DNA from: an uncultured Acidimicrobiaceae bacterium
GTDB lineage: Bacteria; Actinomycetota; Acidimicrobiia; Acidimicrobiales; Palsa-688
NCBI GenBank assembly: GCA_963794125.1
Contig: CAWCCW010000009.1
Coordinates: 1,238,007 to 1,302,006 of the forward strand
DNA length: 64,000 bases
Direction: 5' to 3'
The stretch's first letter is position 1. Each line of letters opens with the position of its first letter. Shown piece after piece: positions 1-7,745 of the stretch. The translations under genes were made by a program, and so were the position numbers. Under the pieces are notes generated by a model that saw only the letters and a program-made list of their open reading frames with translations, did not search any database and was not told where the DNA came from.

Positions 1-330
1 GCGGGGCGTGGCATGGCAGGCGCGGCAGGGCTGGGCTAGGCGGGGCGCGGCATGGCATGGCAGGCATGGCAAGGCTCGGCTTGGCCTGGCACGGCACCGG
101 CCGGGCAAGGTACGGCGCGGCAGGGCATGGCAGGCGTGGCTGGGGGGCATGGCATGGCACGGTACGGCCAGGCGTGGTCCGGCGCGGCTCGTTGGGGCGT
201 CGGCGTGGCGTGACGGGGCAAGGCGCGGGCAGGGCAGGCGCGGCACGGCAGGGCGGGGCGCGGCGGGGCGCGGCGGGGCGGGGCCTGGGCGTGGCCCGGC
301 CTGGCAGGCGCGGCACGGCATGGCTTTGGC
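1..330 (+). repeat. degenerate pentanucleotide array (GGCNN)n, roughly 65 units, G-rich on + strand
   Basis: Read directly: ggcat/ggcag/ggcgc/ggcac units with GG every 5 nt from the window start to about 330. Period 5 is not a codon multiple, so I treat ORFs 8..439, 57..776 and 36..380 as repeat artefacts. Confidence 0.8.
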
Positions 331-363
331 GGTCGTTGCCCCTCCGGCTCACCTGGGGACAAG

Positions 364-975
364 ATGTGGACTGTGGCCACGCCTTCCTTGGAGTTGCGGG
401 GCGACGTACCGCTCCGGGAACGGCGTCGGCGCCACCTGATCGAGTTGGGCGTGTTGCCCGACGACCCCGACGACGACGAGGAGGCGGATCAAGTGACGAC
501 GACCGAGGTCGAGCTGGTGGCCGAGGCCGAGCCAGCTCCCAACGGCTTAGGCGTCCCAGTGGTGGTGGTGAGCGAGCCCGAGAGCCCCGCCCGGAGCTGC
601 CAGGGCTGCGGAGCACCGCTCACGGGCCGGCCGTTCCAGAAATGGTGCAGCGCCAAGTGCCGAAAGCGCACCGTGCGCTCGGCGCCAAAAGCGCAGGTCG
701 GCCGCATGACCGCCGAGGTGCTGGGTTCCCCGTCGACCGTAAACCACGATCTTCAGAATCGAACGCCAGAGGGTGAAATCCCCAGTAACGATCTTCAGAA
801 TCGAGCGCCAGCAGACGACAGGCCCAGAGGTACCAGGACCGTCCCCCCAGCGCCTCCAGCGGCCCCACAGGCGGACGTTTTCCGCCAGCTCATCGCCGTG
901 GCCCAGGGGTTGCCCGCTGGCGTCCAGGTGGACGAGCTCTCTCCGGCCGGCTTCACCCTGCGCTGGGCGCCATGA
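364..975 (+). CDS. hypothetical Zn-ribbon protein (phage element)
   Basis: 203-aa ORF with an acidic N-terminus and the motif CQGCGAPLTGRPFQKWCSAKCRKR. It has an internal 42-nt-spaced repeat (DLQNR) and its stop overlaps the next ORF as ATGA. Confidence 0.5.
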   Translation: MWTVATPSLELRGDVPLRERRRRHLIELGVLPDDPDDDEEADQVTTTEVELVAEAEPAPNGLGVPVVVVSEPESPARSCQGCGAPLTGRPFQKWCSAKCRKRTVRSAPKAQVGRMTAEVLGSPSTVNHDLQNRTPEGEIPSNDLQNRAPADDRPRGTRTVPPAPPAAPQADVFRQLIAVAQGLPAGVQVDELSPAGFTLRWAP

Positions 976-1334
976 CCGCCCGGCGCTACGTCATCAGCCA
1001 CCAGGGCCAGACCTGGGAGGCCGAGGGCCGGTACTGCCAGCACACCGACGAGGACGGGGTGACCACGCCGGCCATCGACACCGACGCGGGACTGGTGGAG
1101 CTGCCGGCGGCCGCCACCGTGCGCGACCTCGACAGCGGGGTGGCCGTGTGGCCACCGTCGGCATACCTCGCCGAACTGGTCGATGTCTCCGGGGCGCAGG
1201 TGGAAGTGCCGGTCTACGACAGCGAGGGCAACCTGCTGCGTATCGACCGGGAGGCCACCTTCGCCCTGGTGCCGCGGGCGCTCCTCGAGCGAGAGCCCCG
1301 AGACCCCGACGCCCCGCCGGCCGGGCTCACCTGA
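972..1334 (+). CDS. hypothetical protein (phage element)
   Basis: 120-aa ORF translationally coupled to 364..975 (ATGA) and followed by a terminator-like hairpin. I recognise no family. Confidence 0.45.
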   Translation: MTARRYVISHQGQTWEAEGRYCQHTDEDGVTTPAIDTDAGLVELPAAATVRDLDSGVAVWPPSAYLAELVDVSGAQVEVPVYDSEGNLLRIDREATFALVPRALLEREPRDPDAPPAGLT

Positions 1335-1402
1335 GCACCGAGCACTAGCATCGGTAGCGATCCCCGGCGCGCCAGTGGGCGCCGTGGGAGGCCCAGTGGG
1401 CG

Positions 1403-1422
1403 CCTCAGGACGCTGAGGTTTT
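1403..1422 (+). terminator. rho-independent-type terminator
   Basis: Stem cctcag/ctgagg with loop gacg, followed by tttt. A longer imperfect hairpin follows at about 1426-1471. Confidence 0.5.
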
Positions 1423-1598
1423 CAAGGCAAAGCGGGCAAAGTGCCGCCCCTGTGCGGCATTTCGCCTTGCCCCCCTGACCCGGTGCCCCGAGGCAGGTCC
1501 GCCATGGTGCCCCCTGGCGGCGAGAGGAGCAAGGCCCTTGCCCGGTAGACGGTTTCTTTCGACCTGCCCCATAACCCTTTTCGCCCTAGGAGGCACCC

Positions 1599-2471
1599 AT
1601 GACTGTTACCCGCTCTGATTGGCAGGGCTACCCGTTCCCCCCCGATGTCGTCTCCCGGTTGCTGGCCCTGGGCCTGGCCGGCGCCCCCTTCGCCCTCAGC
1701 CTCACGGCCCAGCCGACCAACCGGGGCGTGGTGGCCTGGCCGCTGGTCGACCCCGAAGGCGCCGGCTGGGTGGGCGAGGCCCAGCAGATCCCCACTGCCC
1801 GCCTTGGCGACGACATTTACACCGTGGCCGTCGCCAAAATTGCCACCGTCATCGACCTGTCGAATGAGTCCGTGGGCGACAGTTCGTTCAACCTGCTCGG
1901 TGCCGTGGGCAATGCCCTGCGGGACTCGATGGGCCCCATCATCGACAAGGCGTTCCTGTTCGGCCAGGCCGCCCTGGAGCCCAAGGGCGTGTGGGGCGTT
2001 GCCCCCGAGGCGGAACCCCTGGGCGACCTCCGGGCCAGTGCCATAAATGCCTGGGGCGAGCTGGCGGCGGCCGGCGCCCAGCCTCAAAACGTGGTCGTCT
2101 TCGCCCACCCCACCGCCATTGCCGCTGAGTGGGGCCGCACCAACGACACCGGGACGCCGATCCACGACGACCAGGCCACCGACGCCATCACGCTCGGGCC
2201 CGGCATCCGGGTGGTGGGGGTACCCATGCTCACCACGCCGGCCGACATCCTGGTGGCCGACGTGGGCTCGGTCTACAGAGTGGTGCGGGACGATTTCTCC
2301 ATTGAGGGGTCCCCCTTCCCAGGGTGGACGAGGGACACGGTTTCCCTGAGAGTAAAAGGGAGATTGACGGTCGCCGCCCCCACGCCGGCCAAGTCACTGC
2401 GCAAGGTCGTCGGCGACGGTACCGCACGCGCTGCCGCCAAGTCAGCGCCGGCGCCTACGGCCAAGAAGTAA
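1599..2471 (+). CDS. phage major capsid protein, HK97 fold (no delta domain)
   Basis: 290 aa with a strong RBS (taggaggcaccc ATG). Segments such as AVAKIATVIDLSNESVGDS...IIDKAFLFGQ and VPMLTTPADILVADVGSVYRVVRDDFSIE resemble the HK97-family capsid pattern. Confidence 0.75.
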   Translation: MTVTRSDWQGYPFPPDVVSRLLALGLAGAPFALSLTAQPTNRGVVAWPLVDPEGAGWVGEAQQIPTARLGDDIYTVAVAKIATVIDLSNESVGDSSFNLLGAVGNALRDSMGPIIDKAFLFGQAALEPKGVWGVAPEAEPLGDLRASAINAWGELAAAGAQPQNVVVFAHPTAIAAEWGRTNDTGTPIHDDQATDAITLGPGIRVVGVPMLTTPADILVADVGSVYRVVRDDFSIEGSPFPGWTRDTVSLRVKGRLTVAAPTPAKSLRKVVGDGTARAAAKSAPAPTAKK

Positions 2472-2487
2472 CCGGCCGGAGACCGAA

Positions 2488-2539
2488 GGCCCCCCTGTCG
2501 AGTGGGGGCCACCGCCATTACGAGAGTGACGCTCGTAAT
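2488..2539 (+). terminator. two consecutive stem-loops after the capsid gene
   Basis: ggccccc-N9-gggggcc at 2488-2510 and attacgag-N7-ctcgtaat at 2517-2539, starting 17 nt after the capsid stop. Confidence 0.5.
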
Positions 2540-3338
2540 GTAAGAAGGCGAGGCAGGCGCATGGAGACTTTGCCCCCCAATGCCGAGGGGCCCCGGCGCC
2601 CCTGCCCCTGTGGCGTGTGTGCTGGCTTGACCCACCGGTCGGTGTCCGCCCCCATGCCCTCGCCTGCCGAAGTGAGCATCCCCTTCGGGCCTGCCCCTGT
2701 CGGGGTGGTGGCCCCGCTGCCGGCGCTGGTCCCCCCTCGGGCAAGCCTCCCCCTGAGCGGCCGCCCCCACCGGCATAAGGGGGCCGGGCGCCCATAAGCC
2801 CCGGTGGGCAGGAGACAGGCCCGCCCCCTGCGAGGGGTCAGGGCGGATCCCAGCCCCCTGCCTGCCGGCCCTCTCCCTGCTACCCCCTGGTGGTGCCCCG
2901 CCCCTGTGCGCCCTTGGAGCGGGGTGTGCAGCGTATACGCCAGCACCAGGCCCACAGCTCGGGACAAGCTGCGTCCTCGCAGGCCCCCCCAAGCTCAGGC
3001 CCCTTCGTCCCCGCCGCCCGGCGCTGGGAGAGCTGGAGCGCTCGGGCCTGTGGCGGTCAGCAGCGGACGGTGGCAGTCGGCTGTGATACATCGGCTCGCT
3101 AATACCACGGCCGACCGTAGGGCCGGCACCCAGCGACCGTGGTTGGTGGCGCTCACCGTGCCATCGGCGACGGAAGGCGCAGCGGTGGTCGGGGAGCTGG
3201 CGCCCGCAAAAGCATTGTTGTTGCTTGGGAAATTTCCGAGCGGCAGGGGAGGGGAGGCACCACCTGGCCGTGAACAACCTAAGAGAGCCAAGTTGGCCCA
3301 GCCCTTCCCGTACAGGTTTGGGCATTTTCGGTGGGACG

Positions 3339-3680
3339 ATGATCCCGGTGCCGACCGCTGCTCCTCGCCCTTGTCGCGACCGCCTGTGCCCAGAGGTCGC
3401 CGTCAACCGGCGGGGCTGGTGCGCCCTCCACGACCCCGGCGCCTTTTCGGGCGGCCGGCCCATGCCGCGGGGCTGGGCTCAGCTGCGCGCTGCGGCCCTT
3501 CGCCGCGACGGAGGTCGCTGCCAGCTGTGCGGGGCTCCCGCCTCTGAGGTCGATCATGTGGTCCCCCACGCAGCCGGCGGGAGCGACAACCTCGGGAACC
3601 TCCGCTCCCTGTGCCAGCCCTGCCACCGGCACCGCACAGGCGTCCAGGCGGGCCAGGCCAGCGCGGCAATCCGGCGCTGA
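3339..3680 (+). CDS. HNH endonuclease (phage type)
   Basis: Motif CQLCGAPASEVDHVVPHAAGGSDNLGNLRSLCQPCHRHRT. I prefer the ATG at 3339 (preceded by ggtggga) over the ORF-track start at 3225. Confidence 0.8.
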   Translation: MIPVPTAAPRPCRDRLCPEVAVNRRGWCALHDPGAFSGGRPMPRGWAQLRAAALRRDGGRCQLCGAPASEVDHVVPHAAGGSDNLGNLRSLCQPCHRHRTGVQAGQASAAIRR

Positions 3681-3891
3681 GAACGGGCGTTCCCAGAGGC
3701 CCTAGGAGCCCGCAGCGGGGCGCCAGGTCTGGAGTGCCAGCCTGACCCGCCAGCGGGGCTGTGGGCGCGCTGTGGGGGCTCCGCTTCGGCGACGCCGAGG
3801 CCGGCGCCCCCTTTCCGTCGGCGGTAGTGGTCTTTCGTTGCGCTTTTGATTGCGCGGCCGAGAACAACGAAACCCGCAACGGAACCCAGCT

Positions 3892-4110
3892 ATGAGCGAC
3901 CGCCGCTTCCATGCCGGCGACACGTTCGTCATCCCGCCGCTCGAGTACCGCGTGGTGGCCGGGAAGAAGGGGCCGGGCGACCTCCGCCTTGACTGGCGGT
4001 GGTGCTCAGGGTGGGAGCCCGTGCCGCTCGACCACCTGGCTGTGGGCATGCTTCGGGCTTCACGCCTGCCCCAACAGCTGCTCCATGGCGTCGGCGGCCT
4101 TGCGTTGTAG
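3892..4110 (+). CDS. hypothetical small protein (weak call)
   Basis: ATG at 3892 inside ORF 3850..4110. It overlaps the integrase 3' end by about 50 nt in convergent orientation. No recognisable family. Confidence 0.2.
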   Translation: MSDRRFHAGDTFVIPPLEYRVVAGKKGPGDLRLDWRWCSGWEPVPLDHLAVGMLRASRLPQQLLHGVGGLAL

Positions 4111-5252
4111 CTCGGGCCGGACCTTGGCGTACACATCAGCGGTGATGGCCAGGCCCGTGTGCCCGAGCGTCTTGGAGACCACCTCGAGCGGGACTCCTGC
4201 GTTCAACATCAAGGTGGCGGCCGTGTGGCGCGATGCATGGAACCTCCGCCTGCCCACCCCCGCTCGGATGGTCAGCTCATGCCACCAACGGGTGGCGTTG
4301 CGCCGGTGGATGTGGGTCCCGACCCGAGTGGTGAAGACGAGGTCGGGGTCGCCCCATACCTTGGCCGCAAGGCGTTCCTCTCCCTGGCGGGCGCGGTGGC
4401 GGCGCAGGGCGGCGACCAGGAAGGGCGGAAGGGCCACGGTACGGACGCTGGCGGTTGACTTGGTGCCAGCCACGGCTGCCACCCCGGCGTCGAGGTCCAG
4501 GTCGCCCCACCGCAGGCCGAGCGCCTCAGCCTGGCGCAGCCCCACCGCCAGGACGACCACGGCCAGAGCCTCCAGCCGGTCGCCTCGGGCGGCGTCGAGG
4601 ACCTTGGCCGCCTCGCTGGCGTCCATGGTGTCGTCAAGGAGGGAGCCGCGGTCTTTGGGCGCGTCGGTGAGGGCGGCAGCGTTGCGCGGCACCCGCCCGT
4701 AGCGCTCAGCGACCGTGAGCGAGCGGCGCAGGATGGTCCGCGCCTTGCGCTGGGTAGTGGGGGAGCGGCCCTTACGCTCCAGCGAGCGCATCATGGCCAC
4801 CACGTCCTCCGGCGACAGCTCCTCGAGCGGGACCTTCCCCACGTAGGGCCGGACCCAGTCTTTGACCACCTGGCGGTACTGGCCCTCGGTGGACGCGGCA
4901 ACCGTACCGGGGAGGACCTCGTCAGCCCAGAAGTCGAGCCACTCGCCGGTGCTGCCAGGCGGGAAAGCTGACTTCCTAACCGCCGGCGCGGCCGCCGTAG
5001 TTGTCGGTCCGAGAGCGCTGGCGGGCTGGGGAGCAGGTGCCCGACGAGACGCGCTGGTGCCGGAGGGACTGTCCCCTCTTGGACTTGGCGCACGAGCTCA
5101 CGCACCAACCGGCGCGCCTCGGGCTTGGTCTTGGCGCTCACCTTGCGCCGCAGCCGCCGGCCGTCCGGCCCCCGGCCCAGCTCGGCCGTCCCGACCCATA
5201 GGCCCTTGGACTTGTCCTTGTAGACAGCCCCGTCCCCATAGCGGTTTGCCAC
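4060..5252 (-). CDS. int: tyrosine recombinase / phage integrase, frame-disrupted in this sequence
   Basis: The C-terminal catalytic part (RHTAATLMLNAGVPLEVVSKTLGHTGLAITADVYAKV) is in ORF 4060..4869. The N-terminal arm-binding part (GDGAVYKDKSKGLWVGTAELGRGPDGRRLRRKVSAKTKPEARR) is in ORF 4791..5339, in another frame. GTG at 5252 is the likely start, and the frames join somewhere around 4975-5060. Confidence 0.8.
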
Positions 5253-5338
5253 CTGTTCGCCCCTTTCTCGTCCTCCAGGCTTGGGGCCCCTAGTGACCCT
5301 TTGGGGAGCCATTCGGGAGCCATCTTTAGAATACAGCA

Positions 5339-5398
5339 CTGGACAGCCTTGGACTGGACAGGACTCTGACCAGGGATTATATGGACCGGTCTGGACAG
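5339..5398 (+). repeat. three direct CTGGACAG repeats (candidate integrase arm-type sites)
   Basis: CTGGACAG at 5339-5346, 5354-5361 and 5391-5398, between the int start and the tRNA fragment. Confidence 0.45.
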
Positions 5399-5426
5399 TT
5401 CAAGACCCCATGCCCATCACTGGGGG

Positions 5427-5461
5427 TCTGGGGGTCGCGGGTTCAAGTCCCGCCCGCCCGA
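5427..5461 (+). other. tRNA 3' fragment (T-arm plus acceptor 3' strand) = putative att core
   Basis: gcggg-TTCAAGT-cccgc T-arm followed by ccgcccg-a. There is no matching 5' acceptor strand, D-arm or anticodon arm upstream. Confidence 0.55.
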
Positions 5462-5573
5462 CAAAACAACCGAACGAACGAACAATATAAGAGCAGGTCA
5501 GTGGCGGGCACGGCGGCTCGCCTACCACCCCCAAAAGTCCCGATGTCAGCGAAAGGCACAGGCTGACCTGATC

Positions 5574-5611
5574 GGCCTAGGCGGCCTACGCGGCCTACGC
5601 GGCCTACGCGG
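5574..5611 (+). repeat. 9-nt tandem repeat (GGCCTASGC) x4
   Basis: ggcctaggc ggcctacgc ggcctacgc ggcctacgc, read directly in intergenic DNA. Confidence 0.8.
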
Positions 5612-5831
5612 ACAAGTCGTGGTCGTCACACCGGCGAAACGGCGGCCAGGGTACGGCCAGCCCCCTTCCGGGTGCGCCCGATGTCGGTTGGAGGCAGGAG
5701 ACTGTCGAGCGCGCTCGGCATGATCGGCGCGACATACACGGCCGCAACGCGCGGCTCAATTTCCGACGGCCCGACGTCGTTGTCCGAAATACGCCGGAGG
5801 GGGGCGATGCTCCGGCTTAGGGTTCCCTGCT

Positions 5832-6647
5832 ATGAGTGCTGACGAGAAACGAGCCAAGTTCCGGGAGTTGCACGTCAAGGGGTCGCCGTTGATCATGCCG
5901 AACCCTGCTGATCAAGGCGAGGCCCGGGTCCTGGCCAGCCTGGGCTTTGCCGCCCTCGCCACTACCAGCAGCGGGTTCGCCGCCACGTTGGGACGCTTGG
6001 ACTACGGGGTCTCCCGGCCCGAGGCCATCGGCCACGCCGCCGCCATCGCCGCATCGGTCGATGTGCCGGTATCCGCCGACCTCGAGAACGGCTTCGGTGA
6101 CGGGCCCGACGATGTGGCCACGACTGTGCGCGATGCCTTTGACGTCGGATTAGCGGGTTGCTCCATCGAGGACTTCACCACTCGAACGGACCCCGCTCTG
6201 TATGAGATCGACCGGGCCACAGAGCGTGTGTCAGCCGCAGCCGAAGCCGCCCACGGCGGGCGCGGTCCCGGTTTGGTGCTAACTGCCAGGGCCGAGAACT
6301 ATCTGCGCGGCCACCCTGACCTGGCCGACACCATAAAGCGTCTCCAAGCCTTCCAGGGAGCCGGCGCGGACGTCTTGTACGCTCCTGGCTTGTCTGACCT
6401 CTCCGAGATTAGCGCGCTCGTCTCCGCCGTCGACCGGCCCGTGAACGTGCTCCTCGTGCCTGGTGGCCCCAGCGTCATGGAGCTGGCCCAGGCCGGCGTC
6501 GCCCGTATCTCTGTGGGCGGCGCCTTCCATAACGTGGCCCTGGGAGCCTTGGCCCGAGCCGGCCGCCAACTGCTCGAGGACGGCTCTTGCGCCTGGATGG
6601 ACTTGGCCGCGGAGGGGCGAAAGGCGGCCGCCGGCGCCTTCAGCTAG
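5832..6647 (+). CDS. isocitrate lyase / PEP mutase family enzyme (2-methylisocitrate lyase-like)
   Basis: 271 aa; FRELH..PLIMPNPADQGEARVL..GFAALATTSSG and DLENGFGD are typical of the ICL/PEPM superfamily. Confidence 0.8.
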   Translation: MSADEKRAKFRELHVKGSPLIMPNPADQGEARVLASLGFAALATTSSGFAATLGRLDYGVSRPEAIGHAAAIAASVDVPVSADLENGFGDGPDDVATTVRDAFDVGLAGCSIEDFTTRTDPALYEIDRATERVSAAAEAAHGGRGPGLVLTARAENYLRGHPDLADTIKRLQAFQGAGADVLYAPGLSDLSEISALVSAVDRPVNVLLVPGGPSVMELAQAGVARISVGGAFHNVALGALARAGRQLLEDGSCAWMDLAAEGRKAAAGAFS

Positions 6648-6723
6648 CCGGTCACCTGGTCCCCGCACGCGGCCCGAACCTTGGCCGGTCCCACGGAAAG
6701 GGCGGCGGCTGGGCCCGGCCAGC

Positions 6724-6750
6724 TGTCACAGACGGCACGGCTACGTCGTC
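6724..6750 (+). promoter_or_regulatory. ECF41-type promoter TGTCACA-N16-CGTC
   Basis: TGTCACA at 6724-6730, an exact 16-nt spacer, then CGTC at 6747-6750. This sits 30 nt upstream of the epimerase ATG and matches the published ECF41 target motif. Confidence 0.7.
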
Positions 6751-6779
6751 TGAGAGGTCATGAGACTGAGGCGCCAATC

Positions 6780-7742
6780 ATGAAGGTTTTCGTCGCCGGC
6801 GCTACGGGCGTCCTGGGCAGGGCATTAGTCCCTCTGCTCGTGGCCCGGGGCGACGAGGTCGTCGGGATGACGAGGACCGCCTCCAAGCAAGACCTGGTGC
6901 GCAGTCTGGGCGCCCGCCCGGTCGTGGCCGACGCCCTCGACCCCGACGCCGTCGCCCAGGCGGTGGCGTCAGCCGAGCCCGAGGTGATCGTGCATGAGCT
7001 GACGGCGCTGTCAGGCAAGGTGTCCGCACGCGACATGCGCCACCCCGATCGTTCCCCGGTGGCCATAATGACCAACCGGCTGCGCACCGAAGCCACCGAC
7101 CATCTCCTGGCCGCCGGCCGTGCCGTCGGGGCACGGCGGTTCGTGGCCCAGAGCTTCGGTGCTTTCCGGTGGGCCCGTAGGGGCGGCGCCGTGCAGTCCG
7201 AGGCCGATCCCCTCGATCCCGCCCCGCCAGGGGCGCTGAAGACTGCTCTGGTAGGCATCCTGCATGTGGAGCACGCGGTGACGACCATCGAATGGGGCCA
7301 GGGACTGGTATTGCGCTACGGCGGCTTCTACGGCCCGGGGACCACGGTCAGCCGCGCCCCCGATGCGCTGATGGCAGAGGCGGTCCGCAAGCGGCGGTTC
7401 CCCATCATCGGCGACGGCGGTGGCGTCTGGTCGCACGTCCACATTGACGACGCCGCCGCCGCGACGGTTGCGGCCATCGACCTCGGCGCCCCGGGTATTT
7501 ACAACATCGTTGACGACGAACCAGCCCCGGTGCGGGAATGGCTGCCCGGGCTGGCCCGCGCCCTGGGGGCCAAACCACCCTGGCATGTCCCACGGTGGGT
7601 AGGGCAATTGGCGGCCGGAGAAGCAGTGACGCTCATGATGACCGAGGCACGGGGCGCCTCCAACGCGAAGGCCAGGCGCGAACTGGGCTGGGAACCGCGT
7701 TATGCGAGTTGGCGGGTGGGCTTTACCCAGGGGCTCGGCTGA
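6780..7742 (+). CDS. NAD(P)-dependent epimerase/dehydratase (SDR) family protein
   Basis: MKVFVAGATGVLGRALVPLLV Rossmann motif. I prefer the ATG at 6780 with an upstream gagg to the ORF-track TTG at 6681. Confidence 0.8.
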   Translation: MKVFVAGATGVLGRALVPLLVARGDEVVGMTRTASKQDLVRSLGARPVVADALDPDAVAQAVASAEPEVIVHELTALSGKVSARDMRHPDRSPVAIMTNRLRTEATDHLLAAGRAVGARRFVAQSFGAFRWARRGGAVQSEADPLDPAPPGALKTALVGILHVEHAVTTIEWGQGLVLRYGGFYGPGTTVSRAPDALMAEAVRKRRFPIIGDGGGVWSHVHIDDAAAATVAAIDLGAPGIYNIVDDEPAPVREWLPGLARALGAKPPWHVPRWVGQLAAGEAVTLMMTEARGASNAKARRELGWEPRYASWRVGFTQGLG

Positions 7743-7745
7743 GCG

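Larger units (their letters stand above)
1..5461. mobile_element. integrated phage-derived element (prophage remnant or satellite), right end; continues left of the window
   Basis: HK97-type capsid, HNH endonuclease and tyrosine integrase, followed by three CTGGACAG repeats and a tRNA 3' fragment typical of an attR junction. Confidence 0.6.

Noticed and set aside
1-330. CRISPR array
   Set aside because: The repeat unit is only 5 nt, with no unique spacers of 25-40 nt. No cas genes are present in the window.
8-776. ORFs 8..439, 57..776 and 36..380 as protein-coding genes
   Set aside because: They lie on the (GGCNN)n array. The 5-nt period keeps the forward frames open and gives repetitive G/R/A/W peptides. 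There is no start context or protein-like composition.
1599-2471. Encapsulin shell protein instead of a phage capsid
   Set aside because: HK97-fold proteins can be encapsulins, but there is no cargo or biosynthetic gene context. The gene sits with an HNH endonuclease, an integrase and an att junction.
2273-3547. Long ORFs 2273..3463 (-) and 2804..3547 (+) as genes
   Set aside because: The sequences are Arg/Pro/Gly-rich and low-complexity. They overlap each other and the HNH gene. This is typical of high-GC shadow ORFs.
5386-5461. Complete tRNA gene next to the integrase
   Set aside because: Only the T-arm and acceptor 3' strand can be folded. The required 5' acceptor strand (CGGGCGG), D-arm and anticodon stem are absent from the preceding 80 nt.
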